DNA of 60,384 bases. Origin: an uncultured Thermoplasmatales archaeon (GTDB lineage Archaea > Thermoplasmatota > E2 > UBA202 > JdFR-43). Below, piece after piece: positions 15,714-28,897 of this stretch (its first letter is position 1; every line of letters begins with the position of its first letter). Both the position numbers and the translations under genes were made by a program. The stretch covers positions 1-60,384 of the forward strand of contig CBEXJS010000002.1 of assembly GCA_965563795.1 (NCBI GenBank), read 5' to 3'. Below the pieces are notes generated by a model. That model worked only from the letters and a program-made list of their open reading frames with translations. It had not been told where the DNA came from and made no database searches.

Positions 15714-17446
15714 TACTTTGTTTTTGGTTTTCTTAAAAGAACAGCAATTACAGCTATAAAGAGGATTAAGGAAGAAACAATTACAATTTGTTTTACATCT
15801 TTTTCCCTTCCATGTTTTATTCCAAACAATTTCTCATCTGTTTTTTCAAAAATTATTCTTATCTGCTCCATGGCATCCTTATATTTTCCAGAATTTACCA
15901 ATTTTTCTGCATATGCATAGTCATTCATTAATTTGCTTCCATTGACAATATTTTCCACTTCCACCCTTGCCTTGCATATACTCAAAGCTATCTGTGCAAG
16001 CAGTTCTTTTCCATATTCATCAAAACTTCTTATTTTCCTTTCAATGTTACATATTGTTTTGTAATAGCTTTCATTCCATATATCTTTTAAAATTTCTCTT
16101 TCATTTTCATTAGCATTCAAATACAATTTTTGCATTAGATAAGCTTGCTTTTGCATTTCCATATCCACTACAGTTAAAATTTGTGGAGCTTTTCCCTTTT
16201 TAATAGCAAGCTCTTCCATTTTTTCATTTTCTTTTATAAGCACTTTTTCAACATTCCTAAAATTAACACCACCATGCCCAAATTTAGTAAGTAAAGCTAC
16301 AGCTATTTCTGCAACTTCTCCATCTTTATAAGGCTCATAAATATCGCTATCGCATATATGAATCGGAACATAAATGCTAACGCATTGATCAGGGGCAAAC
16401 CATGCCATATATAAGTCATTATCTATGGGAATTTTGAAAATCATGGTTGCTTTTCTTTCTCCTTCACAAAATCCTCTTAGCCCTTCTAAATCATAAGAAT
16501 GTAGTCTTGAAAGATTCATTAAATCCATAACAGTAATTTTTCCGTATTTTTGGCGTAGCATATCTAATATTTTGTTTTCCCATGCATAATACTCATAACT
16601 AACTTTTATTCTTGCTGTTTTCCCATCGCAATCTTCAACATACACATAATAATAACCAACTTTTTCTCCCTTGCCTTCTTCTATCTTAACTTTATCTCCT
16701 AAAGGAAACTGTCTAACAACAATAAAATCTTTTCCAATTTTTAAAATTCTTATACCTAATGTACCACCAAGCCTAACAATTTGCCATTTCCTAACAACTC
16801 CTTCATATACTCTGTCAAAATTTGATGCAATTGTTACTCTTTTAAGCACTCTTGTATGCCACAATTGCTTAGGATAATTCGACATAACAGCCAAATCCTT
16901 TACTTCTTCTTTTACAAAATGAATTGCATCTGCTTCAATAACATATGCTTTATCTTTTCCAACAACAAACAAATTTTCTCCTATGCCAGGAGCATGCATT
17001 TTAACAACTTCTTCTAAATCACCTACAGCTTCTTCCACACTGCTTGCATTCTGGGCAGCATAACGAAGCCAGTCAAAATCATCCCATGCATATTTTGTTG
17101 GATTTATATAATAAGTTGGAGAATCGGCATCCCCATATGCAATTCCTGCATCACTCAGCAACATGCCTGCCTTTATTATATTTGGGGGAGTATCTCCAAG
17201 TGTAGCTACTCCAATTAGCTTATGTTTTATTGTATATGGAATGTTATATCCTTTCCAAGGGTGATGATATGAATATTGATAACCCTTATCAACCATAAAA
17301 ACAACTTGTAAACCTGGCCTAGAAGGATCGCGGACTTTCATGAAGAGATTATAATTTCCAGCGGTTGCATCATTCATAACAATAACATCCTTACATGCAG
17401 ATGCTACAGGAAGGAATAGAATGAATAGAATGAGTAATTTTTTCAT
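15713..17446 (-). CDS. Secreted, C-terminally membrane-anchored Ntn-hydrolase-type cysteine peptidase-like protein (C69/C45-like)
   Basis: The signal peptide MKKLLILFILFLPVASA is followed directly by Cys (ASA|CKDVIVMND). This is the arrangement of N-terminal-nucleophile cysteine hydrolases. There is a C-terminal TM helix plus a KPKTK tail. The track start 17461 is TTG, and ATG 17446 is preferred. Confidence 0.5.
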   Translation of the reverse strand: MKKLLILFILFLPVASACKDVIVMNDATAGNYNLFMKVRDPSRPGLQVVFMVDKGYQYSYHHPWKGYNIPYTIKHKLIGVATLGDTPPNIIKAGMLLSDAGIAYGDADSPTYYINPTKYAWDDFDWLRYAAQNASSVEEAVGDLEEVVKMHAPGIGENLFVVGKDKAYVIEADAIHFVKEEVKDLAVMSNYPKQLWHTRVLKRVTIASNFDRVYEGVVRKWQIVRLGGTLGIRILKIGKDFIVVRQFPLGDKVKIEEGKGEKVGYYYVYVEDCDGKTARIKVSYEYYAWENKILDMLRQKYGKITVMDLMNLSRLHSYDLEGLRGFCEGERKATMIFKIPIDNDLYMAWFAPDQCVSIYVPIHICDSDIYEPYKDGEVAEIAVALLTKFGHGGVNFRNVEKVLIKENEKMEELAIKKGKAPQILTVVDMEMQKQAYLMQKLYLNANENEREILKDIWNESYYKTICNIERKIRSFDEYGKELLAQIALSICKARVEVENIVNGSKLMNDYAYAEKLVNSGKYKDAMEQIRIIFEKTDEKLFGIKHGREKDVKQIVIVSSLILFIAVIAVLLRKPKTK

Positions 17447-17579
17447 CGAAAAATAATGCAATCATAAAATAAAGTATTTTTGTTTTAAATGAAAAAGGAT
17501 ACTGCATTTGCTGATGATGCATTTCTTTATCATTGTTATTATTCTTTAAAAAATTGGGTACACCGAATAAATTCGATTA

Positions 17580-17649
17580 AATGAAAGATTGGTTATCATT
17601 GGCTTTATTGCACGGAAGAAGATCTGCCATGACAATATCTCAATTCATT
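17580..17649 (+). repeat. Full-length unit of the dispersed repeat family (70 bp); a partial unit lies at about 17487-17535
   Basis: AATGAAAGATTGGTTATCATTGGCTTTATTGCACGGAAGAAGATCTGCCATGACAATATCTCAATTCATT. Confidence 0.75.
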
Positions 17650-17696
17650 AATTATCCAAGAATAATAAAAAAGTAAAATAAAAAGGGAAAAAGGCA

Positions 17697-21246
<3,550 letters not shown>

Positions 21247-21249
21247 TTT

Positions 21250-21849
21250 TCATAACCTAAACTTCTTATATATTTGCCATGAGCGCTCGAAAATTGTAAT
21301 TATGGAAAGAATTGTTATTATTATTAAGCCGTAAAAAAGCTGGTTTAAGGCTATAGCTATAATTAAAACAACCATTCTTTCCGCCCTGCTCCCTATGCCA
21401 GTATATTTTACGCTTCTTTCCCAAGAAGCAATATAGCTTGTTAAATAAGAAGAAAGTAAAGCTATAAAGCAAAGAATATAAAGTTCTTCGTAAGCAATTG
21501 CTAATGATAAGTAAATGGTTCCTTCTACAACTCTGTCAACAAACGAATCATAAAACCCACCAAATTTTGTTACATGTCCACAATTTTTTGCTATTGCTCC
21601 ATCTAAGGCATCGAGAAATGAGATGGTTATAAATAAGGCTAAAAAGAGCCATCTATTGTGCAAAAAAATAATGGAATAGATAGCTACAGGAAGAAGAACT
21701 AAGCCGAGAGTTGTAATAAAATTTGGTTTTATTCCATGTTTATATAAAAACACAGTAAATGGAGCAATGAATTTTCGAAATCTTTTTCCAAATTTCTCAG
21801 CTATCACACATGGTATAACATTTTTACCTATAAAGTTTTTAATGTGCAA
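21250..21849 (-). CDS. CDP-alcohol phosphatidyltransferase (archaetidyl-serine/inositol-phosphate synthase-like)
   Basis: 199 aa, multi-TM. It carries the DALDGAIAK...FGGFYDSFVDRV form of the D-x2-D-G-x2-A-R...G-x3-D-x3-D motif. Confidence 0.8.
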   Translation of the reverse strand: MHIKNFIGKNVIPCVIAEKFGKRFRKFIAPFTVFLYKHGIKPNFITTLGLVLLPVAIYSIIFLHNRWLFLALFITISFLDALDGAIAKNCGHVTKFGGFYDSFVDRVVEGTIYLSLAIAYEELYILCFIALLSSYLTSYIASWERSVKYTGIGSRAERMVVLIIAIALNQLFYGLIIITILSIITIFERSWQIYKKFRL

Positions 21850-21862
21850 TACTTACATTTCC

Positions 21863-22369
21863 ATGAAAGTCGGAAAAGATACTTATATAGCAAAGAGTGC
21901 TGTTATAATAGGAGATGTTATTATTGGCAATAAGTGTAGCATATGGGAAAATGCTGTTATTAGAGGAGATTTAAATACAATAGAAATAGGAGATGAAAGC
22001 AACATTCAAGATTGCTGTGTCGTTCATGTCTCTCCAGAGCATAAAGTTAAGATTGGAAAGAAGGTATCAGTTGGGCATGGAGCAATTGTTCATGGTGCAA
22101 CTATAGAAGATGAGTGCATTATAGGAATTAATGCAACAGTTTTAGATGGCGCTGTCATTGGACATGGAAGCGTTGTTGCAGCAAATGCAGTTGTTTTGCC
22201 AGATACAAAGATTCCAGAGAATAGTTTGGTGGCTGGAGTGCCAGCAAAAGTAATAAGACAAGATGAAAGCTTGATAGATATGATAAGAAGAAATGCAGAA
22301 GTTTATATGAAGTTGGCAGAGAGATATTTAAGGGGAGAATTTAGCTTGCAGAATTTAAAAGAAAAATAA
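21863..22369 (+). CDS. Gamma-class carbonic anhydrase-like / hexapeptide-repeat protein
   Basis: Left-handed beta-helix hexapeptide repeats (IGDVIIG, IWENAVIRGD, VGHGAIVHG, IGINATVLDG). The track start 21767 overlaps the divergent gene. ATG 21863 (MKVGKDTYI) is preferred. Confidence 0.75.
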   Translation: MKVGKDTYIAKSAVIIGDVIIGNKCSIWENAVIRGDLNTIEIGDESNIQDCCVVHVSPEHKVKIGKKVSVGHGAIVHGATIEDECIIGINATVLDGAVIGHGSVVAANAVVLPDTKIPENSLVAGVPAKVIRQDESLIDMIRRNAEVYMKLAERYLRGEFSLQNLKEK

Positions 22370-22393
22370 TTAAGGCGAAGATGATTTATTTTT

Positions 22394-24235
22394 ATGAAGT
22401 TTCTTCCAATTGCTATTTTATTAATCTTAATTTTTACCCAGCCCATGATTTACAATCTTGAATCCACAAATAATTCCATCAGATTTGAATCAACAAATGT
22501 TTCATTGACTCAACCAAAACAGTGGTATGAACAACCAACAAAAATTATATGGTTTAATGGAAGTTTTCAGAGGGGCGAGGTTGGAATAAAACAATCAAAA
22601 AATTTATGGCTATGGCATCCTAAAGGAGGAAATATAAAAGCAAGGGAAATCACCCAATATTTTAATGGAGATAAATTGGCAAAAATAGAAATAGAATTGG
22701 CTTGGAAAAATAGCCAGCTAAACAGAGCTGATTTAGATATTCTTTGGATGAATCCTTATGAAGGGAGATGCACATTTAAGCCAAATGATATAAAAATTGG
22801 AGAACATATCGAAAAAGCAACTTTTTATTATAAAAAGAGTAAAGAATGGCGAATGTTTGTTGGCGCAACTTGTTGGAATGGAATAATAACAAAAGAATTA
22901 CCCTTTTCTGAGAAAATAATAATATATGAAGAACCAGATCTAAAGGAAATAAATGTTTCTGGTGATTCAAAAGCATGGATTGAAACATACAGAGTTAAAG
23001 AAGTTAATTACTCTTATGTGCCGATATTTTCTGATTTCCGTTCAGTTTTACGCATTACACCTAACATAACTTTTGAAAGGGTAGATGATGATATTTCAAT
23101 TGGAGATTTAATTTATATTAATTATAAAGTTACTTTGAATTTAGATGATATTGCCACTATAGGAGCAGAATGTGAAATTACCTTGCCTAATGGGAAAATT
23201 ATTTGCCTAGATTCATGGGATGTTCGCCATAAATATGCTCCAATTTCAGAAAATCCTCGTCCACCATACCCAAGATGGAATGGCATGCCTTGGTGGAAAG
23301 CTTGCAAAAGATTTGATTTACCAGAAATACCTTCTTCAGTTTATACTTTATCTCCAGAAAATAATTCATATACATTCAGATGGACTTTTAGGGCAGGAAT
23401 GTTTGGAAAATATAATGTAAAGTTGAGATTAAAAAATGCTGGGGGATTTGAAAAAACCATAAGCTTTGAAGTTAAAGAACCAAAATCTTTCCAAGAAAAA
23501 TATGCATTAATTTTTACTTCTGATTCATTTAGCGAGGTAAATGCGTGGGCAAACAATTATGAAATGTATGATGTTTTAGTCAATCATTATGGATTCCCTG
23601 CTTCAAATGTTTTTTCATTAATGGATGGAACGTGTACAAAAGAAAATTTAACTGCTTTAATGAGTTGGCTAATTGAAAATACAGACGAAAATGCAACTGT
23701 CGTAATATGGTTTTCATGCCATGGTGGTTATGAAAAGAATCTGGATGGAGACAAAGAAATAATAGATGGTTTTCTATATCTCTGGGGCTCACCATATTCA
23801 AAGGAAAATATATTAACTGATGAAGAGATGGCTAAATTCATAGCTAACCTGAAATCCAGAAAAATTTTGCTGGGAGGAGATGCTTGTAATGGTGGAGAAT
23901 TTGGAGGAAGACTTGATATTGGAGAAAGAATAAATGAATTGATAGGTAATGTATCCTTAAATAAAGATGGTGTAATTGTTGCTGTTGGAGCACCATGGTT
24001 TAGGGCAGAGATGGTATCAACATATGGTGGGGCAGTATTTACTTTATGGTTTTCTGCTGGTTTGCAAGGAATGAAAGATTTTAGAGGAAAAGATGCAGAT
24101 GATTATGGAAATAAGGATGGCAAAATAAGTGTTGAAGAAGCTTTTAAATGGGCATTTATTCAAATGCTAACAGATAATCCTCTTTACCCATATGATTTCA
24201 ATGATAATTATAAGGGGGAGATGTATTTGATATAG
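22394..24235 (+). CDS. Secreted protein with C-terminal clan CD (caspase/legumain-like) peptidase domain
   Basis: 613 aa with a signal peptide. The C-terminal roughly 250 aa carry a His-Gly then Cys dyad in clan CD context (VVIWFSCHGG ... ILLGGDACNGGEFGG). The N-terminal roughly 350 aa are unrecognised. Confidence 0.6.
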   Translation: MKFLPIAILLILIFTQPMIYNLESTNNSIRFESTNVSLTQPKQWYEQPTKIIWFNGSFQRGEVGIKQSKNLWLWHPKGGNIKAREITQYFNGDKLAKIEIELAWKNSQLNRADLDILWMNPYEGRCTFKPNDIKIGEHIEKATFYYKKSKEWRMFVGATCWNGIITKELPFSEKIIIYEEPDLKEINVSGDSKAWIETYRVKEVNYSYVPIFSDFRSVLRITPNITFERVDDDISIGDLIYINYKVTLNLDDIATIGAECEITLPNGKIICLDSWDVRHKYAPISENPRPPYPRWNGMPWWKACKRFDLPEIPSSVYTLSPENNSYTFRWTFRAGMFGKYNVKLRLKNAGGFEKTISFEVKEPKSFQEKYALIFTSDSFSEVNAWANNYEMYDVLVNHYGFPASNVFSLMDGTCTKENLTALMSWLIENTDENATVVIWFSCHGGYEKNLDGDKEIIDGFLYLWGSPYSKENILTDEEMAKFIANLKSRKILLGGDACNGGEFGGRLDIGERINELIGNVSLNKDGVIVAVGAPWFRAEMVSTYGGAVFTLWFSAGLQGMKDFRGKDADDYGNKDGKISVEEAFKWAFIQMLTDNPLYPYDFNDNYKGEMYLI

Positions 24236-24239
24236 CCAT

Positions 24240-25418
24240 TCATAAATACTTCCTTGGGTCTGTTATTTTTCCTTCTATAGCACTTGCTGCTACTGTGGCA
24301 GGAGATGCCAAATAAACTTCAGCTTCTTTTGAGCCCATTCTTCCCTTGAAATTTCTATTTGTTGATGTTATCGCAACTTCATTGCTAGCTAAAATTCCTT
24401 CATGCGCCCCCAAACATGGACCGCATCCCGGGTTCATGACCACGCCTCCAGCTTGAATAAAGATATCAATGAGCCCTTCCTTTAAAGCTTGCCTGTAAAT
24501 TTTCATTGAAGCAGGAAATATAAGGAATCTTACACCATCTGCAATTTTTCTCCCTTCCAAAATTTTTGCAGCTATTCTTAAATCTTCAATTCTTCCATTT
24601 GTGCAGGAGCCAAGTACAGCCTGATTTATTTCTTTTCCTTCAACGTCTTCAATACTCTTTACGTTGTCAACGCTATGAGGACATGCTATTTGTGGGCTTA
24701 AATCGCTAACATCGAATTCAAATTCCTTTTCATATGGTCCCTCGTTATCTCCTCCAAATAAAGCTGCTTTAGCTCCCATTTCCATTGACATGTTAGCTAT
24801 GGTAATCTTATCTGCTAATGGCATTTCTTCTACAATGCCATAATATTCGCATGCCTTGTAATTTGCACCATCTGCTTTTAACTCACCAATGATATGTAGA
24901 ATTATATCCTTAGCAAAAACTCCCTTAGGCAATTCTCCAGTTATTGTTATTTTATAAGTTTCTGGCACCTTAAGCCATATTTTGCCAGTTGCCCATACAG
25001 ATGCCATTTCTGTGGCTCCTATACCTGTTGAAAAAGCCCCTAAAGCTCCATAGCTAGTAGTATGGCTGTCTGTTCCAACAATAAGCATTCCTTTGCTTAC
25101 ATGCCCTTCTTCAATCATAACTTGATGGCATATTCCATAGTTTATATCATAGAAATTTTTGATGCCGTGTTTTTTAACAAATTCCCTTATTTTCTTATGG
25201 GCTTCAGCAGTTTTAATGCTATTAGCAGGCACCCTGTGATCAAGAATAATAACAATTTTGTCAGCAATTTTTAAAGGCATTCCAATTTCTTCAAAATATT
25301 TTATGACCAATGCTGCATTATCATGACTCATAGCCTTATCTACGCTTGCTTCAACAATATCTCCTGCTTCAGCTTTCATTCCACTTTTCTCAGATAAAAT
25401 TTTTTCCGCCAACGTCAT
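24240..25418 (-). CDS. Aconitase-family dehydratase large subunit (LeuC/HacA-like)
   Basis: 392 aa with MSHDNA, VGTDSHT, GSCTNGR, NPGCGPCLG and STNRNFKGR. It has an ATGA overlap with citF. No small subunit is adjacent. Confidence 0.8.
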   Translation of the reverse strand: MTLAEKILSEKSGMKAEAGDIVEASVDKAMSHDNAALVIKYFEEIGMPLKIADKIVIILDHRVPANSIKTAEAHKKIREFVKKHGIKNFYDINYGICHQVMIEEGHVSKGMLIVGTDSHTTSYGALGAFSTGIGATEMASVWATGKIWLKVPETYKITITGELPKGVFAKDIILHIIGELKADGANYKACEYYGIVEEMPLADKITIANMSMEMGAKAALFGGDNEGPYEKEFEFDVSDLSPQIACPHSVDNVKSIEDVEGKEINQAVLGSCTNGRIEDLRIAAKILEGRKIADGVRFLIFPASMKIYRQALKEGLIDIFIQAGGVVMNPGCGPCLGAHEGILASNEVAITSTNRNFKGRMGSKEAEVYLASPATVAASAIEGKITDPRKYL

Positions 25419-26947
25419 TCTTTCACCTTCCTTATTACATCCAAAACCGTTCCATCCCTATATTCAACAATTGCAACAATTTCATCACTAAATTTTGGTT
25501 CTTTTGGCAAGCCAACTAAACTTTTTGCTTTCTTATATAACTCCTCAATATCAACTATTTCCATTTTTCCCTTCACAGCTTCAATCAAGTCTTCTCTTTC
25601 TGGATTTATTGCTATTCCCCTATCTGTAACAACAACATCCACTGTATGGCACGGCGTGGAAACAGTTGTAACTTCCTTCCTTATAACAGGGACTCTTCCC
25701 CTAAGTAAAGGAACAGTTATTATTGTAACATCGCTTCCTGCCGCCGCATCTTGATGGCCACCTATTCCATGCAAGAGCAATCCATCTGAATGAGTATTGA
25801 CATTTACATTGAAATTTATGTCAACCTCTGTTGCTCCTAAAAAGCATGCATGTTGCCTATTGACAACGCACCCACATGTATGAGGATCGCCAAACATGAC
25901 ATGGCTTACTTCTACATGTCCCTCATCTTTTGCAATAGATTCAACAGCTTTTAAATCAAAGCTCTGCCCATCCAAAATTTTTCTTATTGTTCCGTCATGG
26001 AGCATATCAACAACATAGCCAGTTATTCCCCCCATAACAAAGTCACCAACGATTCCATTCTTTTTCATATATTCATGCAAAAATTTTGTTACCGCTAAGC
26101 TTATTCCTCCCGCCCCAGCTTGGAAGGAAAAGCCATCTTTTATTATGCCTGCTTTTGCCAAAAATTTAACAACATTTTTTGCTATGTTAAGACGAGCTGG
26201 ACTCCTTGTTATTCTCATTGTTCCTGTTTGAATGCCAGAAGGATCGCCAATGCTATCAACTTCAACAACATAATCAACATAAATTTGGGGAATTGAAATA
26301 GGCGTAACTGGATATGGCTGTAAGTTATCTGTTACAACAACAACGTTGTCAGCATGCATTGCATCTGCATATGCAAATCCCATTGCTCCAAAAGCAGATT
26401 TGCCAAGCATTCCATTGCAATTACCATATTCATCAGCTATGGAAGCAGCAATAAAAGCAACATCTATATGTAAATCTCCGCTTCTTACCGCCCTTGCCCT
26501 TCCTCCATGGCTACGTAGTACAACAGGCTCCTTCAATCCATGCCTCGAAACATACTCTCCCAATGGCCCATTCAAGCTTCCTTCTATGGCTGTTATTACT
26601 CCATTTTTTATATGTTCTATGAGTTTTTCATGAACGGGAAATAAAGCTGTGGGGGCAAGCTTTATGTCTTTAATTCCCATCTTTGCAATTGTATCTACAA
26701 CTAAATTAACAACTGCATCTCCATTCCGCAAATGGTGATGGAATGAAATGGTCATTCCATCTTCCAAACCTACTTTTTTAATTGCTTCTTTTAAAGAAGG
26801 CAAAAGCTTACTTTCATCAGGAAAAACAGCTTTTAAAGGCTTTGCATATTCTCTGCCAGTCGGTTTAAATGAAAAAGGCCCCTTATAAGGTTTTAATTTT
26901 CTCCCATTCAATTCCTCTGGAATTTCTCTTCCAACTGCATTTAACAT
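25415..26947 (-). CDS. citF: Citrate lyase alpha subunit / citrate CoA-transferase (CitF)
   Basis: 510 aa. By-eye collinear match to CitF as I recall it: DGMTISFHHHLRNGD.VVN.VV, LIEHIKNGV, SHGGR......G.L.IDVAF, FSFQAGAGG.SLAV..FL, GGITG, QSFD, ITVPL.RGR.P, VVTD.GIA.NP and VEYRDG.V.DVIR.VK. Confidence 0.8.
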   Translation of the reverse strand: MLNAVGREIPEELNGRKLKPYKGPFSFKPTGREYAKPLKAVFPDESKLLPSLKEAIKKVGLEDGMTISFHHHLRNGDAVVNLVVDTIAKMGIKDIKLAPTALFPVHEKLIEHIKNGVITAIEGSLNGPLGEYVSRHGLKEPVVLRSHGGRARAVRSGDLHIDVAFIAASIADEYGNCNGMLGKSAFGAMGFAYADAMHADNVVVVTDNLQPYPVTPISIPQIYVDYVVEVDSIGDPSGIQTGTMRITRSPARLNIAKNVVKFLAKAGIIKDGFSFQAGAGGISLAVTKFLHEYMKKNGIVGDFVMGGITGYVVDMLHDGTIRKILDGQSFDLKAVESIAKDEGHVEVSHVMFGDPHTCGCVVNRQHACFLGATEVDINFNVNVNTHSDGLLLHGIGGHQDAAAGSDVTIITVPLLRGRVPVIRKEVTTVSTPCHTVDVVVTDRGIAINPEREDLIEAVKGKMEIVDIEELYKKAKSLVGLPKEPKFSDEIVAIVEYRDGTVLDVIRKVKE

Positions 26948-26949
26948 GC

Positions 26950-27127
26950 AATGAAATGAAAAACGAATTTATAAGGATATCTCATTCATCGTCACAAATG
27001 GTACCTATATGAAGAAATTAGCGGCTTTGACATGATTGTTTGTCATCGTAATTCTCATGGAGTGCAATATCAGAAATTTTGACAGTTTCCAAAAAAAATT
27101 TTTTAATAATGAACCTCTTTCATTCAT
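26950..27127. repeat. Repeat units (short form 26950-26990; longer minus-orientation unit about 27041-27127)
   Basis: The short form is AATGAAATGAAAAACGAATTTATAAGGATATCTCATTCAT. The second unit, GTCATCGTAATTCTCATGGAGTGCAATATCAG...CTCTTTCATTCAT, ends in the ATG used by pyrK. Confidence 0.55.
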
Positions 27128-27890
27128 GCAAATTTGCAAAATAGAAAAAATCGTAACTCATTCCAAATTGCACAAAACATTCTTTTTTGATTTAAGAATG
27201 AATGCCAAACCAGGACAATTTATCATGCTCTGGATCCCCGGCATAGACGAAATACCAATGTCATTAAGTCATATTGGAGATAAAATTGGAATAACAGTAG
27301 AAAAAGTTGGAGAGGCAACAAAAGCTTTACATAAAATGAAAGAAGGGAATAAAGTTGGAGTGAGAGGACCATACGGAAAAGGATTTGAAATTGTTGGTAA
27401 AAAAGCTTTATTTGTTGCAGGTGGCACCGGAATAGCACCTCTTTTCTCCTTGATTAAAAAATATAATGGAGAAAAACATATTGTGCTTGGTGCTAAAACA
27501 AAAGATTTGCTTCTTTTCAAAAAAGAGTTGGAAGAATCAAACCACCTTTACATCTCTACAGATGATGGGAGTCATGGTTATAAGGGTTTTGCCTCAGATT
27601 TAGCCAAAAAAATTATTGAGAAGGAGAATTTCGATATTGTTTATACATGCGGACCTGAGCCAATGATGAAAAAAATTCTCGATTTATGCTTGGAAAAAAA
27701 TATTCCAATGCAGGCAAGCTTAGAAAGATATATGAAATGTGGTGTAGGCATATGCGACTCATGTGCTATAGATGGTTATCATGTGTGTAAAGATGGTCCG
27801 GTTTTTAGTCATGAAGTTCTAAAGAAAATAAAAGATTTTGGAAAATGGTGGAGAAATGCGTCAGGAAGAAAAGAAAGTATAACTATTTAG
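27126..27890 (+). CDS. pyrK: Dihydroorotate dehydrogenase electron-transfer subunit-like FAD/[2Fe-2S] protein (PyrK family)
   Basis: Motifs PGQFIML, PMSL, VRGPYG, VAGGTGIAP and cluster motif CGVGICDSC...VCKDGPVF. The track start 27036 is TTG inside a repeat. ATG 27126 (MQICKIEK) gives a typical roughly 254-aa length. Confidence 0.75.
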   Translation: MQICKIEKIVTHSKLHKTFFFDLRMNAKPGQFIMLWIPGIDEIPMSLSHIGDKIGITVEKVGEATKALHKMKEGNKVGVRGPYGKGFEIVGKKALFVAGGTGIAPLFSLIKKYNGEKHIVLGAKTKDLLLFKKELEESNHLYISTDDGSHGYKGFASDLAKKIIEKENFDIVYTCGPEPMMKKILDLCLEKNIPMQASLERYMKCGVGICDSCAIDGYHVCKDGPVFSHEVLKKIKDFGKWWRNASGRKESITI

Positions 27891-28092
27891 CTGACTCTCT
27901 TTCTTTCCATACTTCTATAAATTTTTCAATGCTCCTATCATAAGTTTTTTCAACATCTGGCGGGAAAAAGCAAGCTGGCACCTCATTACGGCTCAAATGA
28001 TATCTTAAGCATTCACAACACACCCCCTTCCTACTACATGGTTCCCAAGTACAGGGGCAATTCCTTAAATTTTCTTCTCTTCTGCACTCCAT
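27883..28092 (-). CDS. Small cysteine-rich protein (function unknown)
   Basis: MECRREENLRNCPCTWEPCSRKGVCCECLRYHLSRNEVPACFFPPD has 8 Cys in 40 residues. The track start 28155 is TTG, and ATG 28092 is preferred. Confidence 0.5.
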   Translation of the reverse strand: MECRREENLRNCPCTWEPCSRKGVCCECLRYHLSRNEVPACFFPPDVEKTYDRSIEKFIEVWKERESAK

Positions 28093-28188
28093 GAAATGAA
28101 ATAAGCAAGGGTAAATAAATTGTGCTGAAAATAAAAAGAAATTGTTTTCAACCAACCATATTATTTATTTTATGCTGAGCTTTTTATC

Positions 28189-28797
28189 ATGGAAAATGAA
28201 GTGATGAAATGCATTAAAGAAAGGAGAAGTATAAGAAATTATTTGGTTAAAGATGTGCCTAAAGAAATTATCGAAGAAATTATTTTAGCTGGAAAATATG
28301 CACCATCTGCAGAAAATAGACAGCCGTGGCGTTTCATAGTTATAACAAATAGAGAATTTATAAAAGAATTATCAGAGAAAGTTAAAGAGCAAATAAAGAA
28401 ATTGCTGAAAAAGAAAAGAAGATGGAAGAAAAGGTTTAAAGAATTGGAAGATGAAAGACTAATTTTATTTTTACAAGCAATAGCAAATTCAAAAGAGGAT
28501 GTTGTCTTCCATAATGCACCAGTAGTTATATTTATAATTACAAAAGACGAAGCATTTAACGATGAATCTTGTGCTTGCTGTGCAGAAAACATGATGCTTT
28601 ATGCTTGGAGTATTGGCATAGGTAGCTGTTGGATTGGTCTGGCAAAATTTTTAGAATTGGATGAAAAAGTCATGGAAGGGTTGAATGTGCCAAAAGAGTA
28701 TCATGTATCAGCATGCTTAACTTTTGGCTATCCAGCTAAAATTCCAAAAACTCCAATAAGAAATCCATCTGCTGATGTTATAAAATGGATTGAATAA
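28189..28797 (+). CDS. Nitroreductase-family oxidoreductase
   Basis: RRSIRNY...APSAENRQPWRFIVI is typical of the family. It has a Lys-rich insertion (KKLLKKKRRWKKRFK). Confidence 0.75.
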   Translation: MENEVMKCIKERRSIRNYLVKDVPKEIIEEIILAGKYAPSAENRQPWRFIVITNREFIKELSEKVKEQIKKLLKKKRRWKKRFKELEDERLILFLQAIANSKEDVVFHNAPVVIFIITKDEAFNDESCACCAENMMLYAWSIGIGSCWIGLAKFLELDEKVMEGLNVPKEYHVSACLTFGYPAKIPKTPIRNPSADVIKWIE

Positions 28798-28861
28798 ACG
28801 AAAGAAATGTTATCATTGACTATTATTGCATAGAGAAGAATTTACATAGTAATGTTATGTC
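28793..28861 (+). repeat. Unit of the dispersed repeat family (3' end degenerate)
   Basis: AATAAACGAAAGAAATGTTATCATTGACTATTATTGCATAGAGAAGAATTTACATAGTAATG. The head overlaps the nitroreductase stop codon. Confidence 0.65.
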
Positions 28862-28897
28862 TAGTAAATTATATATGTGGATAATTATTGAACTTTT

